Under the pieces are notes generated by a model. The model ran no database searches. It worked only from the letters and a program-made list of their open reading frames with translations, and was not told where the DNA came from. A stretch of 63,489 nucleotides of DNA, filler included, from Hyphochytrium catenoides (taxonomy: Eukaryota > Protista > Hyphochytriomycota): NCBI GenBank assembly GCA_900088475.1. It is 12 parts of 12 records of this genome, joined end to end, with 100 filler letters (N's around TTAATTAATTAA, not from the genome) between each part and the next. Parts side by side here need not be neighbours in the genome. Positions count along the whole stretch, not along the records: positions 52,083 to 57,831 come from FLMG01002973.1; positions 57,932 to 60,087 come from FLMG01001777.1; positions 60,188 to 62,249 come from FLMG01003474.1; positions 62,350 to 63,489 come from FLMG01000779.1; 8 more parts are not named here. The stretch is one strand, 5' to 3'. This document shows, in pieces, positions 51,983-63,489 of this stretch; position 1 is the first letter of the stretch, and each line of letters opens with the position of its first letter. The translations under genes were made by a program, and so were the position numbers.

Positions 51983-52268
51983 NNNNNNNNNNNNNNNNNN
52001 NNNNNNNNNNNNNNNNNNNNNNNNNNTTAATTAATTAANNNNNNNNNNNNNNNNNNNNNNNNNNNNNNNNNNNNNNNNNNNNAACCTTCCGGGTCCCTTC
52101 TGCTTTCTCTCCTGAACACGTATCGGCCATAAGGAAATGTATGCAAGACCCAGCTCAACTCTTTCCATCTCTCTCCTTCTCCACATCTTCCATGGAACGA
52201 TTCATGTTCCTGTCTCCCCTACTATCTCACCATCTTCTCCGCTTCCTTGCCTCCTTTCAACTTGCTTA

Positions 52269-53235
52269 CCTGTTTCTTGGTTAAGATGAGGATCACGATC
52301 TCATGCGGATGTTTTTGAAGGACTTCCGTCCCGACTCCCTTCAGGAATGTGATAAAGTGAACTCGCACAGGGACTGCAGCAAAGGCAGTGAGAAAAGGTT
52401 TAGCCGTGGACGAGAAAGACATCCGGGGAGGTTAGAGCGGATAAGAGGAGAGAAAGAGAGAGAGAGAAACATGCAGAGGAAGAATCAGGAAAGAGAAGAA
52501 GCCAGAGAGGCGAAGTGAGCGATGGAAGAGAGCATAAGAGACGAGCGGGCCGAGAGAACGAGAGCCAGCGACCGAGCAAGGAAAAGAGAGAAAGAGAGAG
52601 AGAGAGGAGAGCAGAAGAGACCCAGTACGATGGGAAAGAGAAGTAACAGCCAGAATGAAGTGAAAAATCTTCTGTCAAGTGCGAGTAGATGTTTCTACGG
52701 CCACAGCACCAACAACTTAGGAGTAAGAGACAGAGAGAGCTCCGTCCAGACAGAGAGCTCCTGAAGCGGCTTCGACCGCTCAAAGGCAGGTGCTCATAGA
52801 ACACAGAGAGAAAGAAAGAGATAAGAGGCTTTACCTGGCTCGGCTCCCTTTCCTGGAGCGTTGTGATCAATAAGTTTAGCTAGAGAGCTTGAAACCCTGG
52901 AGGAGATGTCCTCCGCTAATTTCTGGCTCTCTCTCTCTGGAGGAGACGATGATGGTGCGTGTGACTCTAAGTGATCAAAGGCCACGGAGAGGATCAGCTC
53001 TCGATGTCTTCCAACGAGAAAGAGAGGATGCTGCCGACTAGAGAGAACGTAATCGTCTCTCTCGCCATCTTCTTCTCCCTCTCCTGACTCTGAGCGAGAC
53101 TCAAGACTTTTACGGGGCAGAAGGTAAGGGAGAGATGGAGAAATGCCAGAAGCTAGCACGGGAGCCGTAGCTCCTCCGCCGCGATAATTGGCCTCCGTAG
53201 AAGCCTGCTCATCATGCCTGAGATCCATCATGTCT
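52269..53235 (-). CDS. Probable exons of an unknown gene
   Basis: Complex open frames ending in GT donors at ~52835 (EPG|GTAAAG) and ~52270 (TKKQ|GTAAG). No family recognised. Confidence 0.35.
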
Positions 53236-55908
53236 ATCTGCTGTTCACCGTCTCAGGAGAAAAGAAGATGGAACGACAGCAAGAAGAGAGACAAAGCGAC
53301 CGTCAACTCTCTCTTGCGACGGAGCAATCAGAATTTGAAGATATGCTCTTCAAGACAAGCGTCGTGGCCGCCTTTCCTCCTTGGTCTCTAGTCATTCAGT
53401 GAATGAGTGTCTACATATGGACAGACACATGTCTGATAGCGCAGAGAAGAAAGGGTATTGAGATGAAGAGATAGACGCAAAAAGTTAATAGCACGCAACG
53501 GTACCACCGTCTCCGCAAAATGTGCAAGGTCCGCGCCTATCTCTCTCTCTCTGTCTCCCTCTCTTCAGCTGTTCCTTAGGTTCCAGTCTTCTTACCTCAT
53601 CGGTACATCTGCCGCTGCTCGTCTTTCCCCTTTCTGGGGACAACTTCCTTCCAAAAAGTCTAGTAAGAAGAGGGAACAAATAAGAAAGTAATAAAGCAGG
53701 ATGCAGATAGAGAGATAAACAGAGGAAGGAAAGTAATGGAAGGGAGAGAGTAGAGGATCCAAGGCCTAGAGGACAGATCTGTACAAGTCTCTAAGCACGT
53801 CGAGAGACGTCCTCCTCCTCAGAACCGCCCGACTCCTTGTCCGACTGTGACAGGTGCTCTCTTTCTCTCTCTCTCTCTCTCNNNNNNNNNNNNNNNNNNN
53901 NNNNNCCAGTGCAGATCTGGGAATTGTCTACGGTCGGTGATATCTCGTCATTTGCCAGGACTGGACACGTAGACGCATTCGAGGGGAAGAAGAGAGCGTG
54001 CTTCTTAAGCGTCTCTCTTCCTCTGTCGTTTCCTCAGCGACCACAGTCAGTGTCGCTCTATTCTTGCGCTATGGATTCGTTCGGTTGAAGATAAAGAAAG
54101 AGAGAGGGTGAGAAAAGGGCGACGAGGAGGCCACACATCCAAAGACTCAGAGTGCGTGGATCCAAAGGAGAGACTCTGTTCCTAGAAAGATAGAAACAGC
54201 GAAAAGAAAGAGCGAGGCTCCTGGTGTTGGATGAAGAGAAGAGAAAAGAGAAGTCCCAGTGCTTGAAGAGCTTGCACGAGGGATGGATGGGAGAACGGAT
54301 TGACGATGGATGGAGAGACGCAAGTGGTTGATGAGAAGTCCAGAGCCCAGGAGAGCAACAGGATTCCTTAGATCCTCTCGTTTTCTCTCTCTTCGCTCCT
54401 TTCTCCTCTCCCACTTCTCTCCCTGCTGCCTGCCCTGCAGGGCTGTATGCGCCCTTCGGGTGGTCCTCTGACTGCGCAAGCTTATGCGTTGCAACGCCAA
54501 GACAGAAAACGATTTTCTCTTTCGTCCTCGCCTCGTTGTGGAGCAGCAAGAAAAGCAGTTCTTTGGCGGCCTCCTTCTCTTCGTCTGTTCTTTCGTCTCC
54601 TTTGTCTGGTTACCCTTTTCCAGGCTTCTTTCTGTGCCAATAGCAGGAGAGAGATGTTCCTTTGTTCAACCTGCGTCCGTCGTTCCCTTTCTTACGCTGT
54701 TTCTTCCTCACTCCTTGTTGTTTCCAGTTCTCTCTGCGCACAAACGATGCTCATTTTCAAGGCACTTGTGCGTCCAGGGCATTGCGGGGGAGAAGGCAGA
54801 GAAGAAGCGTCTGTCAGTGGCTGCACTCTTTATCTGCTTGGGGAACAGCTCATCTTTCTTCTCTCTCTCTCTTTCTCTCTCTCCCACACACAGTTCAATG
54901 CACAAAGACAGCGGTCCACTGACAACACCTAGTAATGCATGAGAGCAGGGTAGGGCGGCAGGTGGACAGAGGAGAAGATGACAAGAGAGGACGAGCTCAA
55001 CGACGAGAGAGAGAGGGAAAAAGAGAGAGAAAACACTACCTCGAGATAGAGTGCACTAGAGCAAGAGATGCGGGAATACTAGGAAAAACAGCAAGAGTTT
55101 TTGAGGTGGAGAAGAGAGAGCGAACAAGTGAGGGGAAGGAAAGGAGAGAGAACAGAAGGAAGACCTAGCGAGCAAGTGGCAAGAAGTGGCTGATGGAAGA
55201 GACTATCCATACGCTAGACAGCGGCAGCCTGGAGGAGAAGCCGTTCCAAGTCAGTGCACAAATCAGATGCAACCTCCCTCTTGCAGCTCCAGCTCCCCAC
55301 AATAGCCTCCGAGGAAGGAAATCCATTTTCCTCTTTTCGTTGTTCTCTCTTTTCTCCTTTGTACACCCCTCCTCTCTCTCTCTCTCTCTCTTGACTCTGA
55401 TGAAGACACTGCGGGACGGGTCACAAAGGCTGCGAGTGCCAACAGGACAAACAGAGAGAGCGAGAGAAAGAAGACACAAGTTGATGGGAGGTGCTACGCT
55501 AGGAGACCAAAAAAACGAGAGAGGTGAGACAGAGAGAGAAGAGAGACCCTCTACATAGTTCTAATTAGAGAAGAAGAAGTGCGATGTCAAGGACTGGGGA
55601 AGGGGAAGAGTCAACCGTGAGAGACTCTCCCATCTGTTTTCCTCCTGTCTCTCTCCTTCTCCCAACATATCGGACAAAGAGAGGAGCCATGTTCACCCCG
55701 GTCACTGGGAGAGAGAGTAGAACTACTCATAGGATGCGACAGACGAGAAAGATAAAAAGAGAAGGGAAAGGGAGAGATGATGACGAAGTGGTCACGCTTT
55801 AAGCCCTGTACATCGAGAGAAAGCATAGAGAAAGAGTGCCGCGAGGGAATAGCCGAGAACGGGTACGTGGCAGGAAGTACAGAGAGCGGGAGAGAGAGTT
55901 ATAAAAAG

Positions 55909-55967
<59 letters not shown>

Positions 55968-56149
55968 GAGAGAGAGAGAGAGGGAGAGAGAGAAAGAAAA
56001 GAGCGAGCGATGGGGAAGAAGGGTTGAGAGTTATTGACAGACAGGCATTCTGACCAAAGAACCACAACCAGATTTTATTACCATGTAAATGATGGCTCTC
56101 CGCTCCTTTGCACTTCCCTCCTACCAACTCAGCTGCGCGCTTCGTTGAG

Positions 56150-56202
<53 letters not shown>

Positions 56203-58141
56203 AGACTCTCTCTGTCTCTCTGTCTCTCTCTCTCGCGTCTGTTTTCTATGTCTTCCCTGTGGCTCATTCTCAACTCTGTTTCGTCTTCCTTGGTCTGGTG
56301 GTAAGTCTTTCAAGGTTGCCAGAGAGAGAGACAGAGGGGCTCTCATAGCATGTGAAGAGGGTCTCACGGACCATACTTTCTCTCTGTCCCACCCACCCTC
56401 CAGAGCTGTCTGTCTCCCTCCTCTCTCTATATATAACTCTGACTGCTCGCTGGATTCATTCTGTCTCGTTACATTTCCTGACAATGAAAGAGGATTGTCC
56501 GTATCCTTGCCTTCGCCATTGCTACCTCTTCGGTCTGTTTGTTCTCTCTCGCCTGGCCTCCCTCCCTCCCACCCAGAGCCTTTTTGCCATAAGGGCGTTT
56601 TCCTCTTTATTATACAACATGATAAAACGTCCAAAAAAAGAAGGTGAAAAGTATCAAAATAATGGAAAACAATAATGTTCTTTTCCGGTGGCTCCAGAAT
56701 AATCCGAACCTTTCCCTTTTGCTCATAGTGTTTTTTACAAAAATAAACAAGCAAAAAGGAGGGGTTTGTCAAGCAAAATCAAAGAAGTTCGGACCAAGGT
56801 TGATAAAATTCGAAGCTTGGACAAGAGGAATCCTTCCTGGTTCTTGAAACGAAACAATTACGCCTGTTCACTGGCTAGCTATATTTCTTTCAGAAAGATT
56901 CACAAAGAACATTCCCTGGGTGGAAAGATACATTTGCATTATCCAAAATCCGTGGCAAGAAAGAGCCACGCGAGATATGTGAGAGATACGGTAATGCCTG
57001 CTACTAGGTTTGACAGAGGTCCAGAAAGATATCTCTAGTTGTTACAAGTACTGTTTTATCGCCGTGCGGCGCCTACCTTCCGCCCAACCAACAACGCCCC
57101 GCCCCGCCCAACCTACTGACGGCTGGCCCGTCCCTCATTATTATTCTTTATTATAGGCCTGTCTCTTCCTCCACAGGGTCCAACTCCTCCTACCCCGTGT
57201 AGCAAGGATAGGAGGCACACCCAGCAGTAATAGCACAAAGAAGAAGAACAATAAATAATAACCAGGGATTGGCGGAGGATGGGCCAGAAGAAGAGGTGCA
57301 TAGAGGGAGAGAGACTGAGAGGAGCCAGGACGTTGAACAGGAACAAGAGGCCACGTGAGCTTTAGTCAATGGTTCAATCAGTGATAAAAGAAGAAGAGAC
57401 GCCTGACCAGAAGGCGGGATACGACCGTTAATAGCAGGGTCAAACTGTTGCCACCGCCGTCCATAACAGATGCTTACTTTAGGAGATAAGGAAGAAGGAT
57501 GACGGTGACCCCACACGCAAGCACGTAGAGGATGCTGTGAATCTGTCCTAAGAGCTGGAAGCCAGTTTGTCTCTAGCTTTCTATTAATGGCGCTGCTCCC
57601 CTGCTTCCGTTCTACTTTTCTGTTTCTTTTTCTCTCGGTCTTCCTCCCATAGAAAGCATCTTACTCCTCACTACTAAAAGCAAGGGGACCCCACTCACTG
57701 AGAAAGCCACCGAGTGGAACGCTGAGAGCACCCACCTTCCTGATAGAAGGGTCCGTCCACGAGTGGATCACCTGCTGCCATGAATGGATCAGAAAACTTA
57801 TTTTTTCTAGACTAAGCTTTTGGCCCAAACCNNNNNNNNNNNNNNNNNNNNNNNNNNNNNNNNNNNNNNNNNNNNTTAATTAATTAANNNNNNNNNNNNN
57901 NNNNNNNNNNNNNNNNNNNNNNNNNNNNNNNATCTTCAGTCTTCAAACAACTCCGTCTGCACATCCTACGCCTCCGCGTGCAATAGAAGGAGTGGGATAC
58001 AGAGTTCGGGGTGACAGCATATATCTCAGTAACCTTCTACACTTGTGGCACTCCACGTAAGCTTTCAACAGGGCAGCTCTTAAAAGTGCCAGGCTCCTGA
58101 GGACGAACGTACGAGGAGCAGCAGCACAGCATAGGGGAAAC

Positions 58142-58371
58142 ATGATGAGAGGAGTGAGCACAGCGCTGAAGGTCAGTCGATGGGGTGTCTCTCCCCTGCC
58201 GCGCCGGGTCTCCACGTACACTGGCTATAAGCGTAAGTGACAAATTCATTTATCTAGATTGATGCAGCTTAAGACTGACAGCCTCTGCGACAGGTGCCAA
58301 GCCTGCTAATGTTCCGGTCAAAGAAGGTAATGAGGGAAAGAGATGAATAACAAGAAAGAAAAGAAAAGAAA

Positions 58372-58404
<33 letters not shown>

Positions 58405-59162
58405 AAGAGAGGGACATGCACACACCCGCACATAGGGGCGAACACTGACTGAGTATATGAGCTTGACACTCGGGAGCAGGGCACTAGGACGATTTGCAGA
58501 AAAGATGTCTTACGACTCTCTCTCCTCTCTTATAGTGCCAAAAGTAGAGGAAGTCCAACCGAAGAAGTCCTTCTTTCAGAGAACCAAAGATTTCTTAGCC
58601 ACGGACATAGGAATGCGTCTTTTCCTGTCCTTCATGGCGCTGAACCTAGCTGGAGAGCTTGTGAAGATGAAGCACCAGCGGGATGACGCACTGAGAGGGG
58701 TACGGGACTGATATGCCGTCGTCTCTATGGACGCTTATCGATCCCTTTTCTTGGCTCCTTGCGCACGTCTCTCCAGATTCAGACCCTCCGTTCTTCTCTT
58801 TGTGCATATCCACTGCAAGCCGCTCCGCCTCCTGCTCTCTCTCATAAACCGCTGCACCTCTTTTCTTCAGTCGCTCTTGTCATTGCTGCTTGAGGCTAAC
58901 CGTCAAGTCCTGTCAACATACTCTGTCCACGTCGTGTCTCTCTTGATGTGTCTCTCGGCTCTTGCGAGGTTTACCCTGTAATTTACCTCTTGGCTATTCA
59001 AACTAACCCATGGTAATGCCTGTCCACCAGATGCAGACGCTGAGAGAAGAACTCAACACCATCAAGGAGAAATATAAGATTGAGGAGGAGACACCGTTGC
59101 TAGAGATGGAGAAGTCATTGAAGCAGAAGACTGAAGAGACGATGAAAAGTCTCTTCATGTAA
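58142..59162 (+). CDS. Small single-TM coiled-coil protein with a mitochondrial-type presequence, 4 exons
   Basis: In-frame GT-AG model: MMRGVSTALKVSRWGVSPLPRRVST/LRLTASATGAKPANVPVKE/VPKVEE..MRLFLSFMALNLAGELV..LRG/MQTLREEL..SLFM*. The N-terminus is Arg/Ser-rich and lacks acidic residues. Confidence 0.6.
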
Positions 59163-59613
59163 CTCCCTGCAGCCAACCCTGGAAGCCAGAGACAGCCCAA
59201 AGGACACAACTGCTCCTCTTCCTCCAGCTCACCGTCTCTCGTTGCGGCTATCACCTTTGTATCTGCCCTTCCGAAGGGCAAACTTTAGAAAGAATGAGGG
59301 ATAGGAAGAGGTAACAGAGAAGACACAAGGGTCCCAAGAGGAAGCTTCAGGCGAAGTAAGATCAAGTCAGACAGGATGGCTGATGCTTGCTACCTAGAAA
59401 GCAGAGAGTTATCCTAGCCCACAGGCTGTGAGCAAGTATTGTTGCTTCTTTGCAGGGCAAGCACGGCTCCTACATCTTCCAAAGCTCCCTTTATAAATAG
59501 CAATAAATAATAGTAGAGCGAGGATGACAGGCCGTGCCCGATCGGAGATAGGTGCTGCCCCTCTATACGTGTCGTGATCGCCTTGCCTTGCCTCAGTCTG
59601 GCCTCTGTAGGCC

Positions 59614-60018
59614 TTAGAGTTTCTGGAGACTTAGGAAGCCCTGCACGCCTTCATCTCCCTCATAAGTGACGGATACCTCGCTACGAGGAGGAAGAGCAAC
59701 ATACTCCTCCAAACTCACGCTAGTCACGTTACCCGCAGAGTGCCTGCCTCTTCTAATGAACCTGCTCTCTCTCTCTCTTGTCTTTCCTCTCACATTATCC
59801 ACCTCCACACTCTCTACGACTGGTTCTCCGTTAATGAGAAGGCGGACCCTGGGAGTGGTCGAGGTAAAGAAAGCGGCAGAGAGACGGTAGAGACCTGGAG
59901 AGACAGCGGTGATCGCGGTGGAGTTTCTCTCCCAGATGTAACACTCTGGCGCCCGGTTCAAGACTTGCACATTCCACGGGACGATGTTGGAGGGAGAAGT
60001 CTGCCCCGTCTTCCATAT
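59614..60018 (-). CDS. Last exon of a protein with a C1q/TNF-like beta-sandwich C-terminus
   Basis: AG acceptor at 60020-60019, then IWKTG..VPWNVQVLN..YIW..PGLYRLSAAFF..LLINGE..ALP..GFLSLQKL*. The pattern recalls conserved protist C1q-like domains. Confidence 0.6.
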   Translation of the reverse strand: MWKTGQTSPSNIVPWNVQVLNRAPECYIWERNSTAITAVSPGLYRLSAAFFTSTTPRVRLLINGEPVVESVEVDNVRGKTRERESRFIRRGRHSAGNVTSVSLEEYVALPPRSEVSVTYEGDEGVQGFLSLQKL

Positions 60019-60394
60019 CTATTGTCAAAAGTAGACACGCTTACGTCAGGACATCAAGCCAACCATGCAGAGGTATCGTCCTTCGTGNNNNNNNNNNNNN
60101 NNNNNNNNNNNNNNNNNNNNNNNNNNNNNNNTTAATTAATTAANNNNNNNNNNNNNNNNNNNNNNNNNNNNNNNNNNNNNNNNNNNNATTGCGTTTCCCA
60201 GTGTTCTTTCTCGCCGTCTCAGAAGCATTCACTGTGCTCTGGCATTTTCCCAAGAACAGGATGAGGAACAGGGCTGTTTTACTGGGGTCAGTAAACCACC
60301 AGAGGAGTGAGAGCAACTCAGGAAACAGAGCAGCAGCACTGCCCGTTGAAAGTCAAAGTACATAATAGCACTACTGCTCACTGTTTAGAGCCAT

Positions 60395-62249
60395 ATGGAG
60401 GGTGAGGGAGTTGAGTCCCCTCTACTGGACTGCAGGTTTGTCTATCAGAGACGAAGTGCAAACCGGCAGAAGGGCGAAAGATGTGCTGCTCTGACTCAGG
60501 ATCCTAGTGGTTACTGTAGTCGTCACTTGCGGCATCTACCTTCTTCTTCCCGGGTCTGTGCGTATGGGAAGGGTACGAACAGCGCTTGCAATCTTTCGGC
60601 ATTCGAGGGCTCGAGCTTTTGTAAGCGGCATGGCAAGCTACCTAGGAGAGCCGGTGAGAAGAGAAAGGACCCTGACTCTGAATTCGAGGATAACGGGCCT
60701 GTAAGGAGGCGTATGCGTACAGCAGGCGAATCAACGAACCGCGGAAGCGCCGATGACGATGGTCCTTCTGGTACTGCTGCACCACCACCACGGAGGAGCG
60801 AGAAATCCACCTCTACTCCATTGTCAGCAGGCACTAAAGCTCCTGCCATTCCATTGTTGATGAGGACGACTACATCTGCACCTGTTGCCGTTGCTTCATT
60901 GCGAACAATTGAATCTGCCCCCGCACTGCTGACTACTGAATCTGCAAATGCTGCTCCTGCTGTTTTCTTGCTGAACAACACCATCATCTCCAAACAGGAG
61001 AAGAATGCTGCTCGCATGAGGACGATGAGGCAGCAAAAGAAGTATAAACAGAAAGAAAGAGCACTCAATGCTGATCGGATGCGTCGAAAAAGAGAAGGAG
61101 AGAAGTATAGAAAAACCGAAAGAGAGCTAAACTTATCGCGTATTCGCGCTGCCAGGGAAAAAGATAAAGGCTTCAAATGCCGGGAGCGAGAAGCTAACGC
61201 GAATCGAATGCGAGGCATTAGGAGCGAAGATGACGCGTACAGAGAAAAAGAAATAAGAGTAAACGCTGATAGGATGCGAACCATTAGGAGTGAAAATGAT
61301 GGGTACAGAGACAGGGAAAGAGCAGTCAACGCTGATCAAATGCGACAGCGTAGAAGTGGAGATGGTGCATATAGAACGGGGGAACGGGAACGGAACACCG
61401 AACGAATGCGTGTTGTTAGGCAGCAAGAAGCTATGACTCATCCTTCTGACCCCAGCGCCGTTCCACGAGAAGAATGGCCGCATGTAGCATCCGATGCGCT
61501 TAAGGCAAAGTGGATCAGGGAGTTCTTACAGGCAACTGAATTGTGTTCACTAAAGGAAAGTGCGTGCTCTGTGTGCAGCGAGCTCACCCTGGTTTCCAAG
61601 TTGGTGAGATTAGCTGTTCATGAATTCCTTCAATTCAAGGACTTATTACAGGTTTCGCCGAGGCAGGAACGATTGAGAGATATTATGGTCTATCCATCGG
61701 CAGAGGAACTGGATGGATTTGTGTTAGATAGGAAGGGACTTAAGTACGCGGACGGCGGGGCGCTGGAAAGCGTGAGCGTGTGTAAGTCTTGTCTGTCGTT
61801 TCTTGCAAAGGAAAAGCTCCCGCCACTGGCACTCGCTAACGACATTTATACGGGGTCTCCCCCACCTGAATTGGTTGACCTCACGCCCGTCGAAGAATCA
61901 TTTATAGCCAAGTATCGTTGCCGCGTCTGCATTGTGAAGTTAACCGCTACTTCGCGAGACCCAGCTTCTCAACAGAGGGCGATGAAAGGAAACTGTATCA
62001 CATTTCCTCAAAGCCCTTCAGATGCCTTGAATGCCTTTCCAAGGTCAATTGAGAGTGTGCTTGATACAATTCACGTCGTTTTCATTGGCTCTCGTCGACC
62101 CACTGCGGAAGTTCTTCGTCGTGTTCGACTACTGACAGTGCGTAGGTCCAAGGTAAGGGCTGCATTGTTATGGCTAAAGGCAAAAAACCCATTATATGCC
62201 GACATCGTTATAAACAACGAGGTGCTCACTTCACTTCCAGAAAACGATG
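60395..62249 (+). mobile_element. Helitron RepHel N-terminal region (DUF6570), intact ORF truncated by the contig end
   Basis: Motifs CSVC, CKSC..LPPLALAN..G..PPEL.DLT..EE..IA, MKGNCITFPQ and VRRSKVRAALLWLKAKNPLYADI..LPEN. These are preceded by ~22-23-aa NADRMR repeats and two C-C-C-H fingers. Confidence 0.85.
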
Positions 62250-62758
62250 NNNNNNNNNNNNNNNNNNNNNNNNNNNNNNNNNNNNNNNNNNNNTTAATTA
62301 ATTAANNNNNNNNNNNNNNNNNNNNNNNNNNNNNNNNNNNNNNNNNNNNATAGACCCTGTTTTGGCGTGTTGGTTTCCCTCGGGTGTATGGCTGCGCCAT
62401 GTGTTTTGTGCGTCCAGTCGTGTCGCTGAATCAGCAGCATGGTGTCTTCCCACTAGCCAATTTGTTTGTTCCGAGTTTATGTGGATTCTTATTGTCTCAG
62501 AAGAAAAATCGAACTTAGTGTATGAAGTTTTATAAAGGATCTTACAACGTGTCCAAGGAAGCGACACACAGTTATTTATGCATAAGGGGAAATAAAGTCG
62601 AATAAACCTTTTTGTTTTTGTATTATAAACAATTGAGCTTGAGAGGAGGAAGTGAGAGAGGAGAGAGAGGGAAGAATTTAAAATTTGGAGGTACGACCAA
62701 AAGTAGGAGAGGGAGAGAGAGAGAGAGAGAACGAGAGAGAGAGAGAGAACAGAGAGAG

Positions 62759-62798
<40 letters not shown>

Positions 62799-63489
62799 GG
62801 AGAGAGAGAGAGAGAAGTGGAAGTGGAGGAAAAGAGACAAAGACAACACAGAAAGACAGCGGGGAGCAGGCACAGTGAGAAAGGAGAGGCAAAACCAAGA
62901 ACGCGAGGAAATGAGAGAGGAAGGTAGAACTACATGAAGAGAGAAACGAAGAGATTGCATACACAGGCAGCAGATCTGGGAGGAGCGGGAGAGACAGAAT
63001 AGCATGAAAGAAGGGCCTATGGCTGGGAAGAGACAGAGCGAAGCCTCTTCCAAACGAGGGAGAGAGAGACATAGACTTCACTTGGAAACAGAAGAGCGAG
63101 GGTTTCCTAGGTCGCTGGCACAAGGAAGGCAGGAAAGGGAAGATCCGGCGTCTCTGTCGCGTCAACTGCGGCTCTTGATTATGGGGGAAACTGAGGTAAG
63201 AAAGGCTAAGGATTTGGACAGATGATGACAGTAGGAAGGCTAATGTTGAGCGATGGCGCCCGGCGTCTTGTCTGTCAACTGCAAGGGCTGATGACTGTAT
63301 GGAGATCCTCCCGCTAGTTAGCAGTGAGTAGTTGAACCTTCTAGTACCTGAATGCAATGAGGAAAGAGAGAGAGAGAGAGAGAGAGAGCCGAGAGGCGAG
63401 AGAGAGAGAAAGAAAGGAAAACAGAGGAGGAGACGTCAGAAGGCTCATCATAAGGCTAATCCCCGGCAGAGAAAGAGAAAGAGAGAGAG

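Noticed and set aside
56640-57040. AT-rich coding-like patch
   Set aside because: No recognisable motif in any frame; possibly TE debris.
62350-62535. Frame ending ..SRV..ILIVSEEKSNLVYEVL*, faintly like a Helitron PIF1 C-terminus
   Set aside because: The HGQLYVA motif is absent, and the sequence is on a different contig from the Helitron ORF. Too weak to call.

Overview
This is eukaryotic nuclear DNA, not a contiguous locus. Twelve contigs are joined by eleven artificial 100-bp linkers (N44-TTAATTAATTAA-N44), and there are four internal N gaps. GT-AG introns, (AG)n/(CT)n microsatellites and the style of the H+-PPase and other proteins suggest a protist, probably a stramenopile; this is inference. 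Confident genes are ALG2 (2 exons), a K+-dependent vacuolar H+-pyrophosphatase, KAE1/OSGEP (11 exons), tRNA-Gln(CTG) and an intronless CAD-family Zn alcohol dehydrogenase. Probable genes are a 4-exon FAD/NAD(P) oxidoreductase, a secreted CHRD-domain protein, a C1q-like C-terminal exon, a 7TM(-RGS)-like receptor fragment, a small mitochondrial-type membrane protein and an intronless 1237-aa orphan membrane protein. Mobile DNA includes two dead PIF/Harbinger transposases (one nested in a Ty1/copia RT), copia gag, RNase H and LTR relics, and an intact 5' part of a Helitron RepHel (DUF6570). There are two best leads. (i) Two sequence-divergent ~200-bp LTR-like units on different contigs share one architecture: PPT, TG, an antisense tRNA-like cloverleaf with intact acceptor, D and T arms but a scrambled anticodon arm, TATA, CA, PBS. 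(ii) A spliced, membrane-anchored His-Me-finger (HNH-type) nuclease has motifs resembling bacterial polymorphic-toxin tips. All splice models and family calls were made by eye, without database searches.
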